DNA from: Podarcis gaigeae
Lineage: Eukaryota
Reading direction: 5' to 3' (one strand)
NCBI GenBank assembly: GCA_964106915.2
Contig: OZ066914.1
Length of the DNA stretch: 64,000 nt
Of this stretch, positions 14,201-28,700 are shown piece by piece. Each line of letters starts with the position of its first letter. The first letter of the stretch is position 1. Below the pieces are notes generated by a model that searched no databases, was not told where the DNA came from, and saw only the letters and a list, made by a program, of their open reading frames with translations. A program made the translations under genes and the position numbers.

Positions 14201-17200
14201 CATGAGTGCTTGATACAGCAAAGAGACAACAGCATGGCTGGGAAATAGAACCCTACCTCATCAGGGCTCCCAGTTGTGAGGAAGGCTGAAAGACTGTGCA
14301 TCTGAACATGCTTAAAAGCCCCCTTCAAAACCTCCAAGAGGGCGAGGGATGGAATGGGCATGCCCAGTGAGCACAAGGAAATTAGGAGTAGGGTCAGCAT
14401 GCAGAAAACTGGTCTTCCTATCCCGTTTAAATCTTATAATTTTTTTAAAAAATGCTTAAATAGGGCTGAAGTTGAAGTATGAATAAAACACATTAATTTT
14501 TATTTTAATAAAGAAAAGAAGAAATGTTGAGAGTATTACCTAGTGTTGTAACCAGCCTTTTCACAGTGGTAGAATTAATCATCAAGGTCAACAAAGACGC
14601 AGTTCCTGAATGCAGTAATAACTGAAAAGATTTGAGCAATTAGCATCTCTATCATAACTAGTAAAAGCAGCAATATAACATTACATTTTATAGCATTTTA
14701 TAATACTTTAGTCTGCTTTGGGAGTTCAGCACAGAACAATGGAAAGAAGCCGAACTACACATTACAATATCACCAAATATGGCAAAAACCTGATGCTCCT
14801 TCTCAGCAAAGTAGCAGCAGGAAAGCCAGCTGTTGAATAGCACTGTGGACAAAATAGTGTCCTATGGAACTCCATAGTGTAAGCACCAGGGGGCAAAGTG
14901 CACTCTCCCAATGCTACTCTTTGGACCTGACCCTGCAGGAGTATTGTAATTGCAATACACTGCCACTGATACCTATCCTGCAGAGTCGGTTCAGAAGGAT
15001 ATCGTGATCAGTGGTATTGAAGACTGCCAAGAGATCAACCAGAAATAGCAGAGTCGCATTCCCTCGCTATAAAAGTCATCCATAAGGTCGATCAAGGCTC
15101 ATTCAGTCCCAAATCCAGGCCTGAACCCAGACTGTCAAAGATTAGATCATTAGTCTCATTCAGGATTGTCTGCAGTTGTTCTGACAGAACTGTTTCAGTC
15201 ACTTTCCCAAAAAAGGAAGTACAGTGGTACCTTGGTTTACAACCATAATCCGTTCTGGAGGTCTGGTTGTAAACCAAAACAGGTTGTAACCCAAGGGGCA
15301 CTTTTGCCAATGGGGCCTCCTCCCCAAAATGGGTTGTAATCCAAAAAAAAGGGACACGAACTTCCGGGTTTGACGTGCTTATAATCCAAAACAGTTGTAA
15401 TCCAAAGCAATTGCAAACCAAGGTACCACTGTATTTGCAATTGAGCAAAACTTCCTACAACCCATTCAGTCCAGTGCTGACCTTTTCAATAGCAGTCATT
15501 CTACTGCCTGCAGAATATTCAAGCACTGACTTCACATACCACTTTTCCACTGCAAATTGCACTCTCCCACTTGGCAGAGAAGTAATGCCTAATGGAATTT
15601 TAAGTACCTTTGGAATCTATTTTTTTCTTTTTAAAATGCTTATTTTTACTTATTGTATTTTTTTCTCAGTTTAAAAGTTCCAGCCATTGCATCTGATTTG
15701 GTTTCAGAGCCCAGACTTCAACCCACACAGAACCATGAAGCTTAATGCGTGGAACTGAACCATTTCTTACCATAACCACTCTGACAGAGTTATTGAAAGA
15801 AAAAAGCAAATCATCTGTATCAGCCCTAAACATCATAGGAAAAGAGAAGGATAAAAAAGTATGATGAGACCCTACAAATGTTTAATCAGAAGTAAGCTGA
15901 CTGCGTTCAATGCATCTTAATGTTCTCAACTTACAGTGAGGTAATACTACAGTTCGAACTTCCAAAATATATTTTAAGGTGCTCTTTCTGACATTCGTCA
16001 AATATGATCTATGGCAGCTGTTATCAAACTTTCTACTTTTAGGGACCACTTGAGAGGGCTGGAAAATACTGAGGCCCTTCAGTAACAAAATAGTGGTGGG
16101 TGCAAGGCAGACCAAGTCACAAAATGTCAGCGCGGGGCGAAGCAGTCACAAAATGATGACATGAGATTTCATGATTTACAGGTTATGTTTTGTGCACTTC
16201 AGAGCACCTATCCCCCTCACTAGCAGTAAACTGAAATACGGCGTCAGAAATAAACACATCTTTCTATATAGATTTTCAAGCAGGCTTCTAGTACAAATTG
16301 ATAATGCTTTCCAAAAATAATGATCTTACTTTACCATGGTTTTAATTTGAAACTCATTTGGAGTTTTGCTTTCTGTTTGGCTAATTCCAAGAGCCATGTT
16401 CAAAGTGAAGGTGCCCCTCATTCCGCTCCAAATCAAAACAGCTCCCCAACGCCAATTAAATCCATAGCCAAGACGACTCAAAAAAGGGCTCAACACAAAA
16501 ACAACCAAACCCCTGAATAAAAATAAAAATAAATGCAAAAATGCATTTAAATCTTAAAACACTATGTTAACAAACTAAGCAAACATTTAAGAAAGCATAC
16601 CCTGGTTAAATAACAGATCATGAGCTTAGCCAAGGGGGGATCAGGGTTTTTTTTCCTGGCTAATGGTAGCATGGCTTAAACTACCAGAACTACCTGAGGA
16701 ATCACTGCTTCAAATTGTATGCCATGAGGAGCTGATTCCATCTGTTTTTTCACTACACTCTTAAGAAGATGAGGGAGTCCAGCATTCTATATATACATAT
16801 TTTTCTAAAAATTGCTTTGCAACTAACTGGAAGTACTCTCTCTTGTTGTCTAAAATCATCCTGAATTATTTGGGGTAGAGCACCAGTAATCTCTGATATA
16901 AGAGAACACATTCCCATTAACCTATGGTTAACCTATAGTTGGGTTCCCAACTGTTCCCAACTGTTAGACCTCTGACATCACAATGACCTGTGATTGGCAG
17001 GTGGGTTGTTCTACCGAAGTTCATCCATGAGATGGCGTAATACAAACATCCAGCCTAAGCCAAAAATATTGCCCATCCCTAAACTAAGTCAATCTGTTCA
17101 GTGGGACAACTTCCACTCATCTAACAGAACTTCCCCCTTCTCTCCCCCTGCCTCCAAATATGGTCTGGGGTGCATGGAGGGAGAAGGGGGGTGAGTGAAA

Positions 17201-19717
17201 TTCCACTGTGTTAGCAGAAGCCGTTCTGCTTGCTCAATGAGTTGGGTGGGTGCACCCCTATTGTTTCCTTTCAATATAATATGAAATTTGACAACGCTAG
17301 AAACAAAAAACCTTCAGGATGTTCAGAAAGTTGCTTCATTAGTTTAAATAGTAAAAGAGATTTTCCAGCTTAAATCTGACCTATTTAACACGTTCCACAT
17401 TATTCTGAGCCTATTTTAAACCTATTAAAATAAAAATAACACAAATTTTGGGTGTTACATTTCAAGGTGTGTGGGGATTCATCTCTTTAACTTCACAACA
17501 GGGATAATAGGGAACCAATAATTAAGTCATAAGAGCATGGCTAAAACTGGTGTCAATTTTCAACAATCACCTTCTGGAACAAAAAGTGTTGAGCCTAACT
17601 ATTAACATATACTTAGGCAATCAGCAATATAGTGGGACAAGTGGTATCCCTCTTCTAACTTACAAAGGTATGCAAAGATAACATCAGATGTCTGCTCCTG
17701 CTGCAGCTGGGCTGTCCCTTCCCCTAGCACAGGGCCATCTAACACTAATTCCCCTAAGAGAAGGAATCCAGGAGATAGGAAAGCACACAAACAGAAAATG
17801 AAATGCTCCTGTTCTTACTTCATTTGAAATGTGTGGTTTGTTTTAAATGTGCAATGTAACCATTGCATTTTATAAATGTTATGAACTGCTTTGAATACTC
17901 TAGTCAAAAAGTAAGAGACAAACCTACTAAAAACCAAAATGCATAAATAAATATGAAGTCTTCCTTTGTACTGATTGGGTAACTGTAATAATTTCAGGAA
18001 ACTGCAGATTTTAAATCTTGTTTTCAGCTTGGAAATACGTCAATTTGCACAGAAGCTATGAATTACCATGGCAATAAAGTCAAAGCACAGAATTGTTTTT
18101 CACAAAGGGAATAAATTTAGTATTCAGAAATCAGGTTCCAGCCTCCACTACATCTAATTCATATAAAATTGTCTACTTCAAAATTATTTTACATTAAGAA
18201 ACTCTTTTCCAATGTTTAGTTCCCAATATTTTGACTTCAACAGTATTCAGCAACACACATTACTTGTTTCATTAATGTCCTAATTGTTAGGGCCCTGAAA
18301 TAGTGTATAGGGGCTATCACCCTCTAACCTCCAAGCATTACTCATAAGGCTAGCTGTTTGACAAATGCCACAATTTTCAAAAAGTTATTAAAACAGCCAA
18401 ACTTTATATTCCTCAGGAAGCAAGGAAGCAAAGGCTCTTGGGCCACCTTAAGATAATTTTCATTCATACAATGCTTGTCCTCTAAAATCTCTGGGAGGCA
18501 GATGGGCAAGTGGTTAAGCAGCTGGCACTCAGTGCAGTCTTGTATATACAATATACACAAAATCTAGACAAGCATGTAAGTATTACTTACTAGTGGCTGT
18601 CCTCTAGTGCGTAATGCCTAAAGGTTAGTAGCTGCCAAAGTTAGTATCTGGAGGCAACAGCAGCAATAGCAGGGAAGGTGTGCCTCTCTGTTTCTTGTTC
18701 ATCTTCTCCTTCACTACTGCTTGGAATGCCACTACAGTAGCATCCTTTAAGCCAGGGCATATGAATGTCAATCACACCAGGAATGTTCAAAGCACCAGGA
18801 AAAGAGGGTGCATATTCCAATGTATATTCCAACCTTCCTCCAAAGGGGCTCAAGGTGGCAAGGATGAGAATCCCTCCTTGCTGCTACAATCACAGAAGTA
18901 GAAGCAACCAGGTGGTCTGGTAGAATGAGCTCTTCACAAAGCAGATTGCAATCCAAACTGTTAAAGAAGCGTGATGATGGCCTGGTTTGGAATAAGTTTC
19001 GAATAAAAGTGTGTTTTCAAAACTATGCCAAATTCATACTGCAAACTGGGTAATAGGTTCAGAGGCACCAATACTAGAAGTTCTGGTAAGTATAAGGACC
19101 TATTTATGTTCTTCATGGCTCCCATGCAGTTACTTGCAAGAGCATGTGTGCCTTGGACTTAAGAATTTTGGAAAATAATATATAATCTACGATCCTATAC
19201 ATGCCTAAAAAGTAAGTCCTAGTGAATTCAGTGTAGCATACTCCTAGTTAAATGCATTTGGATTGCAGTCTGTAGAATATTAACAGTGAGCTTTGTGAAT
19301 TGGCAGAAAACATCAATACAATAAGGAAAATTAAACCATTCTTACCTTGTAAGATTTAATGAAAGGTAGACTGTTATAATATAAAAAATAGCACGAGAAT
19401 TAAAAAATGGAAATGCCTTCTGAGCCAACACAATTCCCGTTATAAGGAATATCATAATGTGAGCCAAAAAGGTCAACATTGACCAGAACCTGTTTTAAAA
19501 AAACATATGTTAAACCATGCTAAGGGGGGCTATAATTCTTTGCGGTATATAAAGTACAAAAGCATTCTCCCCTCACCCTCACCCCAACCTCAAAATCAGT
19601 TTCTTACAAAACTTTCAAAGCATTTAACACAGTGAATATTTGGTCAAACACAATTTTTTAGATTATATTTTGGATTAGAATTCCACAAAACAAGCTGAAA
19701 CTAGAGATAGGCAAAAC

Positions 19718-19770
<53 letters not shown>

Positions 19771-22700
19771 TTTCCTAGCAGGTAACATGAGATTTGTAGT
19801 TTGCTCTACCTCTCAAACTCAGTTGAGAGCCAGAGGAAATGCAATGAACATGGGATTTGTATTTTTTCTATCTACCATTTGAACTCAGAAGGGAAAGGAA
19901 ACTACAGATTCTTTGCCTGTATATTTATTTATATTAATGAGTAGTTCGGTAGCTAAAATATAAGGTATTAGACTTGATATAAACATGTACAGGTTCCTTT
20001 TGCAATAAAATTGGTTACAATTTGATCTAAGGTTTTACCAGTTGGGACTGTTGAGTCTGGCCATATATCACTGTGAAAGAACATAGACTTTCAGAAGGGT
20101 AAAACTACAAGTCTTAATCACAATGTAACTCACAGGCTCTTAATACAGAATACACAATGTGCATTTATAATATTATTCTATATTATTGTAGTTATAACAT
20201 TTTAAAATCAAATGTTCACATTGCAAAAGACAAAAAAGACCATCCTAATAGTACAGTTCAAATCCAATTTTAGGTCCCCCAGGGTTGCATTTCCTTCTTT
20301 AAACTACTAAATGGTGACGACAGACTCCTGTTTCATGTCTAGTTGCGTCTTCAAATCATTGAAAGATCTGACAGGAAATGTTACTTCTGTATTAATAAAC
20401 CAGTCAGTTGTTACTCAACCAACCACCATGCTTTATTTATACTACATTTAAAAAAAAATTATTCAAAGCCAAAAAAAAAAAAATTATTAATCAATTACCT
20501 CTTGTAGCTATTTCAAGTCTACCAGTGCTTAAGTACAATTTGTCGCTGAGAATCTGGTTAACAATAGAAATTTTATGCACTGAACACTTAAAGTGCTTCT
20601 ACAAGGCACTTTTAAATCTTCTACAAGGACTTCAATCCTATCAGTTCACATTCCTTACACAATATGTAAATGGGATACATTTAGCTACCACAGAAATTTT
20701 CAAAATGATTCAAACTGAAATTTAAAGATAAACACTTACTTATGAGCACTTACTTATAAAGAAATATATCCAATCCTGGACTAAAGCTTACAGTATCTAA
20801 AAGAAGGCCCAAAATACAAATAGCAATAACTCCAGACATTCCAAGCCATTCAGCTAAGGACAGGAAAAATAGAGAATTGTTATTTTAAAAAACCACTATT
20901 ATTTAGTTTTATTAATGATTAAGCACAACTGTTTTAAATGCATTGCATTTGACAAAGACGTTTAACTTACCGATGAAGAAAATAATGTATGCCATTGAGA
21001 AGCTTAGAATTATTTCAACTACTCCATCATTGAAAATATGTTGCAACCAATAACTAACTAATCTTGAAGTAAAAAATCCCAAAGCAGTGCTTGCAAAAAA
21101 TTTTAAAATCAACTTTATAAAAATTTCTTTAACTGTAAAAGGTAAAAAGAAAATAGTTATTTACAATCTGCTTTCCAATAGTTAATTTAAAGATAATTAT
21201 AACTAATGATGCTAACTGATTGTACCCTGAACCCTCTTCTTCCTTGGAACCCAGAAGAACAGGTTGCTTACATGCAACTCTTGGTGTTGTTTTTTCAACA
21301 GTCATCTATGCAGTCATACATATTAGGTCTATGGATGCACAGAATCTAATCAGGAAACTTTTATAATTATACACTTATTTTTCATATATATCTATATATA
21401 AATAATTATGATTTTATATTTTAGACAAGAAAAAAAGAGCAAAATGCAATAGTAGTAATTTTTTTAAAAAACCAACCATAACCCCATAGAATAGATCTGA
21501 GAGACAGAATATTCCAGCTGAAAATGTTAACAGCTTTCAAATGAATTGTCTGTCCTGTTCATAGATCCTGTGCAAGTCCAGCCTTGGGAATTTACTTGAA
21601 AAGGAAAAGCCAGTGTTTGGACCAGTTTCAGGAATTCCAAATCTTTGGATATTGCGTTGGTGGACCTCTGTTATGCTCCGGCTGATATGTATGTGTAAAA
21701 CTAATAAAATCGTACTAATTTGTGATGAAAGTATGCTTTTACTTGACTTCTAATGACTGACTTTGAGCTTTTGTGTCAGTTTCTCGATCAACGCTAGGTA
21801 CTACACTTTATAGTTATAGTTACTGTACTCCATTGTAGTTCCTTCTAAATATATTCTCTGCTTAGATGTTTTAAGCAGTGCTGCCATCAGAAGGCATCCA
21901 ATCAAGGACTTACTGTATGACCACATTCTTTAGCACTGCCAATTCTGGGGTCTATATTAAATTTTGTTCAGTGACCTTATTTTTTTCCAGGAAGATACCT
22001 TCCCCCAAATCAACAATTTAGGGTAAAACCACCATATATGGTGGTAAGTGCCAAGGTCCTTACAGCCCGTCCAGCAAGAAGCCGATGCATTGGTGCACAT
22101 GTGTAACTTTAATGGAGGAGGCTTACTCAGTGAGAAGTAGAAGCTGGAACTATCACTTCTGCAGGTAAGCCTTTTACTCAGCTTGTCCTAACAAGCATCA
22201 TCTTCTCTGTAATCATTACCTCCCTGCCTGATATCAACTTTACAATGATAGAGTCAATCCCCACTGATAGACTGACAGCAATAGTCTCATATTTGGAACA
22301 TGTTCTGTCCCTCTAAAATGCCTTAAATAAAACCTTATCCTTCTTTTAGGTCTTTCCTGAGCAGGGTGTTAACTTCAAAACGTAAGCCAGCTTTCAAACA
22401 ATAGCAACACCTCCATATTTAGTAAAACTTGAGACAACAAACTCCCAAAGTACTTATTTTTCAACAAAATACCCTACAACCCAGCTTGATGTATTTCTTC
22501 CCCCTAGTAATACTGTCTTGTGCCATATCCTTCAAGCATTTGTGTTGCTCTATCTGATGTTATCTATCCACATCCTGGGAAGCTCTGGTGGATCCAAGGC
22601 TTCCCCCAATCTGCACAACACCTACCCCTTTCTTCGCCTTGCCATCCACCACCTGAGGAACTGCTATGACAGCAGAGCTACCAGAGTGAGGATGGGACTG

Positions 22701-25700
22701 ATACAGCAGACATCCCTTTTTGTGGGGTGGACCCGCTAGTGACGTGACTGTGCTTGTCATGTTTCTTTTTCAGCTTGTATGCCCTAGATCTCAACAGTTA
22801 AAAATAAGGCTTGTGGCGTAATATGGATTGTATTTTTATGGGGGGGGGGGGGGAATACAGGAAATAATATACTTACTCAATTCTTGGTGAGTTTGTTTTG
22901 CAAGATCCCTATATAACTCAAAAATTATTACTGTTGTAGCATCATTAAACAAAGACTCGCCTTTTATTAAGTTGACAACTATTTTTGAAAGCCCTGAAAA
23001 AAGGGGGGAAGATAACAAAATGAACAAGTTCTTTTTTATTTTTGCTTCTTAAGTGGAAAGATACTATAACAAGACCCATAAGAAATGGGGGAATCAAAAT
23101 CACATGATTAAGATATGCTTGTTTTTAGTGCATATATTCTTCTCAGACAATGAAGGAAAAGTGCTCTATTCTCTCCATACAATTCCCATTAGCACTTCAC
23201 CGTTAAGTCTGCCTATACACATGCAGCCATTCTAAAGCTCCCACAGTTCCCATCATCCTTCCATTCAAAAACCTTGCAGAGATGGCGGCTATGAAGTAGA
23301 ACTGGATAATAAAGGTGGAATGCAAAGATTTAAGACATTTACAATAGCACTTTGATTCAGCAGCTTCACAAAAATAGATTGATTCCTCAAGCAAATAATA
23401 TGCAGTAGTGCTCATCAGCTATTCAAGAGGCAGAAGCTTGATTTTGTTTCCTCCCATGTTTCCTGTTTTTCCAAGAGTGAATATATTTAAATCATGACAG
23501 TTTATATCAGCCAGGAAAAAAAGACTGATTCGAATCAACTTTACTTCTTAAATTTCTTAAACAGTGCAAATCTGACAGCTTAATTATTTTAAATTATAGT
23601 CAAATAGTGTATTATCTACACTGTTGCTTTACTTATAACCAGGCCTTGCATCTCTTTGTTGCACAATATAAACTTTGCATACTTTTTTAATCAAGAGAAA
23701 GAATGGCCTCAACATACTCCCATATAAAATCATTTTGTGAGAATTATGAAAATAAAAGAACTTGCAAACTAGATGATTTTGTCCTCTTCTTTCCAATAAT
23801 GCTCCATTCTGCTTCACTTTATGCTAAAAATTATATTTCAAGTGAAACAAAATACCGTGGTACCAGTTCCCGAATTTAATTCGTTCCAGGAGTCCATTTG
23901 ACTCTTGAAACCATTCGAAAACCAAGGTGCAGCTTCTGATTGGCTGCAGGAGCCTCCTGGGCTCAAGTGGAAGCTACATCGGATGTTCGGCTTTTGAAAA
24001 ACATTCGCAAACCAGAACACTTACTTCCGGGTTTGCGGCATTTGGGAGTCGATTTGTTCGGCAACTAAGCCATTCAAGAACCAAGGTATTACTGTACCTT
24101 AAAAATATGAGCAGGCTCTGTCTGCCTTCAGATTATCCTACAAACCAAAGTTTGGAACACTGGTAACGATCAGGTATAAGCCTTTCACTTGTGCAATCCG
24201 TCTTATTATTCCTGTGTAAGGAGAGCTGTGCCAAAACAAACTAAAGGCCCATTTAGTCCAACATCCTACTCTCACAGTGGCCAAAGAGATGCCTATGGGA
24301 AGCATGCAAATCCATGCATGGCACTATGCCAGGCTTCCTCAACCTCGGACCTCAGATGTTTTTGGCCTACAACTCCCATGATCCCTAGCTAGCAGGACCA
24401 GTGGTCAGGGATGATGGGAAGTGTAGTCTCAAAACATTTGGAGAGCCAAGGTTGAGGAAGCCTGCACTATGCTATACAAAGAATCCCATTCCGACCAACA
24501 GTTATTTGGAGGTAGTATGCTTCCAACAGTGGAGAAGACTCCAATCAATTTACAACCAATCACTGATTCAGGTTTGTGCAAAACAATTGTCCAAATGGTA
24601 ATGGAAGCTTCTCAAGTCTTCCCTGCAGACAAAGGTAAGGAGCAAGGAAGAGAAGGGAGAGCACAAATCACTCACATGCCTGCTTGACAAACCATAGTTT
24701 GCTGTTATGTTCAAATCAAACCTGACTCCATTAGGGGATAATATCTTAGATGAATCCCCTAAGATGCTTGAAACTGTATCCTCAGTCAAAATTTAATGTA
24801 TATTTAACGTTATAGTGACACATCTGACAACTCAACATTAATTCCATAAATACAAAGCTACATAGCTGGTTGTTCATCCTCTTCAAGTACTGGTTTTTGT
24901 ACAGATCATATGGAAGGGAAAATATTCTATTTTTCTTTTTTGCCAGCTTTCAAGCATTTGCCACTTCAACCCCTCTCCTTTTAACCCAAATGTTGAAACA
25001 TCATTACAAAACGTACATTAGCTCACCACCATTCCACTTAACAGTCAATCCCACTTCTTTCTCTGAGACAGCATTCTACAGCTAATTGTTCTATTTTCAA
25101 ATTGTCGCATTTTATTTCCTCAAATAAAACTTTATTTCTGCAAATACTCTGGTGTCATCTTTGTTGCTCCCCTGCTGAATACTTTCCAAGGGAGAAACAG
25201 TTTTTCAGATGTGAGCAAGCCTGAGCAAGCACAGTTAACAATGTACTGCCACATAAATGTATACACATTTGAAAGAGTTCACTCAGGACAGCCAAAATGA
25301 CTTCTAACTTTGGCCTCAATAATTCTACCGTATTTTTTGCTTTATAACACGTGCTAGACCACAAGACGCACCTAGTTTTTGGAGGAGGAAAACAAGAAGA
25401 AAAAAAATCTGAATCTCAGAAGCCAGAACAGCAAGAGGGATCACTGCGCAGTGAAAGCAGCAATCCCTCTTGCTGTTCTGGCTTCTGGGATAGCTGTGCA
25501 GCCTGCATCCGCTCCATAAGACGCACACACATTTCCCCTTACTTTTTAGAAGGAAAAAAGTGAGTCTTATAGAGCAAAAAATACGGTAATTTTCTTTAAT
25601 GTGCGTATGGGGGGCAGTATCTTTCTGCTCATGTCCCTAAACTGTCCATATCACTTCACATTTGTTTGTTACAGACTACAGTTAATTATCAATTAAGTAA

Positions 25701-28700
25701 GCTCTGTGAAGCTATACTGTAAACAGTACACTCCACATTCAAGTACAGTGGTGCCTCGCAAGACGAAATTATGCCCGTTCCGTGAGGCTCTTCGTATAGC
25801 GGTTTTTTCGTCTTGCGAAGCAAGCCCATTGACAGCTTAGCGGATTAGCGCTACAGCTGTCAAGCGGCTTCCAGCGATCAGCTGTTAAGCGGCTTATCAG
25901 CGGAACAGCTGATAAGCGGCTTAGTGGCTTAAGAAAAGGGCAGAAAAAGCGGAAAAAAACCGCGGGGGGATGCAAGATTTTTTTCGTCTTGCGAAGCAAC
26001 CCCATAGGGGAATTCGTTTTGCGAAGCGCCTCCAAAACGGAAAACCCTTTCGTCTAGCGGGTTTTTCGTCTTGCGAGGCATTCGTCTTGCGGGGCACCAC
26101 TGTATTATAATGAATTCAGCTTATCAGAAAAATCAGTGTAAATACCTACCAATGTTTCTTACAGAAGCCACAGAAAGGATAGGGTCTGTTGTGCTAAGAA
26201 TTATTCCAAATAGCATGCTATCATCCCAGGACCAATTATACTTATTAATTTTATAAGTTAACCATCCAAGGAAAGCACAGTTCATCAAAAATCCAGGAAC
26301 TGCAAGAATTAACACCTGCAATGACAATATATGTGTGTGTGTATCAATCATTTGCAAAATAAAATTACATTAAACTCAGGTGGATAAGGCTGGAGATTTA
26401 ATGACACAGTGCTATATATGACATAACAGTCAATCAGCTCATATGAATGAAAATGTAAAAAAGATAATTGTAGGGTGATAGCCAACTAAGTTTTACTTGG
26501 AGCATTCTTGTCCAATTGTTGGTGCCTTTCATTTTCTCACTGCAAATTACGCACACACACACACACATCCAACATACATTTAATGCCCAAGACTTCCCCC
26601 AAAGAATTCTGAGAATTATAGTTTCCCATTCACAGAGCTACAGTTCCCAGTATCCTTAGCAAACTACAGTTCCCAGGATTGCTTGGGGAAAGTCAAATGC
26701 TTTAAATATGAATTGGATGTGTTTTAAACGAAACTATTTTCCTGGAAAATATTACTTTGGGGTTTAATTGGACACATTTGTGTGTAATATGCAACTATAT
26801 CCTTAATTTGAAGTTTGAAGTAAATTTCTAAACAGAAAATTGTATATATGTCTTACCTGCCAAAATGATTTTCGAAATATATAAAAATCCATCTCAAATG
26901 CAGCTGTAAATATTATAACTGGTGTAAACAAATGAAGGAAAAGTACAGGATCTATATCTGCAATGCTCTTCACAATAGGAATCTGGCAACACAAAATGAG
27001 TACAAGGAATTGTTAATTGTGAATACTTTTATATTATTTTACATATTTCTTCCCCGCCCAAGCATATGATCAGAGGGAGTGGAGAAAGAGTACCTAGATT
27101 TCTTCTGTACAAGAAGAATAGCAAAGGAGGAGGCAGTGGCATAGAAAGGGGGGGGCCGCCCCGGGTGTCATCGCTGAGGAGGGTGACAAAAAACAACTTC
27201 CGCCCCCATCGCACACCCCTACCTACGCCACTGCAGGAGCACTCTCCCCCGAGTGATTTCCAGCAACCAGAAGCATGGCTGCCTCCAACTTTGCAGGCAG
27301 AGCACACCCCTTATGGCTAGTAGCCTTCGACAGCCCTCTCCTCCATGAATTTGCCTAGGCTGCCTCCTCCTCTCTGTCTTCCTTGCCTGCTCGCTTTGGC
27401 ACAGTAAGTCTCTGTGGAGGAAAGCCACTTCCCCTCTGCAGGAACTGGGAGAGTCCCAGCATGGGCAGCCGGGCAGAGAGCGAGGCTACCCCTGGGGGCC
27501 AGGAGGGGATCTTCCTGCCAGGTTTCAGCCGCCTGGAAGGTTTCCAAGGCTTGATCAGGTTAAAATGGGCTAAGGCTGCTTGGAACAGGTACAGTGGTAC
27601 CTCGAGTTAAGAACTTACCGTATTTTTCGCTCTAAAAGACGCACCAGACCACAAGACGCACCTAGTTTTTGGAGGAGGAAAATAAGAGGAAAAAAATTCT
27701 GAATCTCAGAAGCCAGAACAGCAAGAGGGATCGCTGCACAGTGAAAACAGCAATCCCTCTTGCTGTTCTGGCTTCTGGGATAGCTGCACAGCCTGCATTT
27801 GCTCCATAAGACGCACACACAATTTCCCCTTACTTTTTAGGAGAGAAAAAGTGAGACTTATAGAGCAAAAAATACGGTAATTCGTTCTGGAGGTCCATTC
27901 TTAACCTGAAACTGTTCTTAACTTGAGGCACCACTTTAGCTAATGGGGCCTCCTGATGCCGTCGCACTGCCATCACGTGATTTCTGTTCTCATCCTGAAG
28001 CAAAGTTCTTAACCCGAGGTACTATTTCTGGGTTAGCGGAGTCTGTAACCTGAAGCGTCTGTAACCCAAGGTACCACTGTATTGTTGGGGGTGGTGTGGG
28101 AGTGAGTTAATACTTTTTGCTAGGTCTGGGTTGCTCTGGGTTTTATGACTGCATGGTGGAAGCTGCCTTTGGAGGCTTGCTGCCCTAAAAAGCATCTTTT
28201 GAATCTCTGCAATAAGCCAGAAACCCACCATCCGGCCCCATTTCTTCCCCTCTCCATAAGCGGGCTGCATTCTTCTTTCCACCATCGGCATACGTCCAGC
28301 CACAATCTAGTCGCTGGCTCCTATGGTAGGGAGCAAGAGCAATGGTGGAGGGCTCGGGGAGTTGAGGGAGAAGAGTTTGGAGAACCACACCCAGGTGTAG
28401 CTAGGTGAGGCAGGGGGCAATGGACGTCACACTGCGGAGTCTGCAGCATGCCTGAGCCACTCATCTCTCCTGAGGGGGAGGCGGTGGGTGGACTGCCTGC
28501 AAGCTCCACGCTGCTTTTTTGAGTAGCACGGGACTTGCGTCTGCCCACCGCCTCAGCTGCCCTACAGCTGAGGAGGAGGCTGTGGAGAGGCTCCATGCAG
28601 CACACCTTGCCTTGGCTTGCTCCGCCCCATGAGCGTCTCGCTCTGTCTGCGGCTGCAGGGCACGCGCACAGCCCTGGGCACCCGAGCGGCTAGCCATGCC

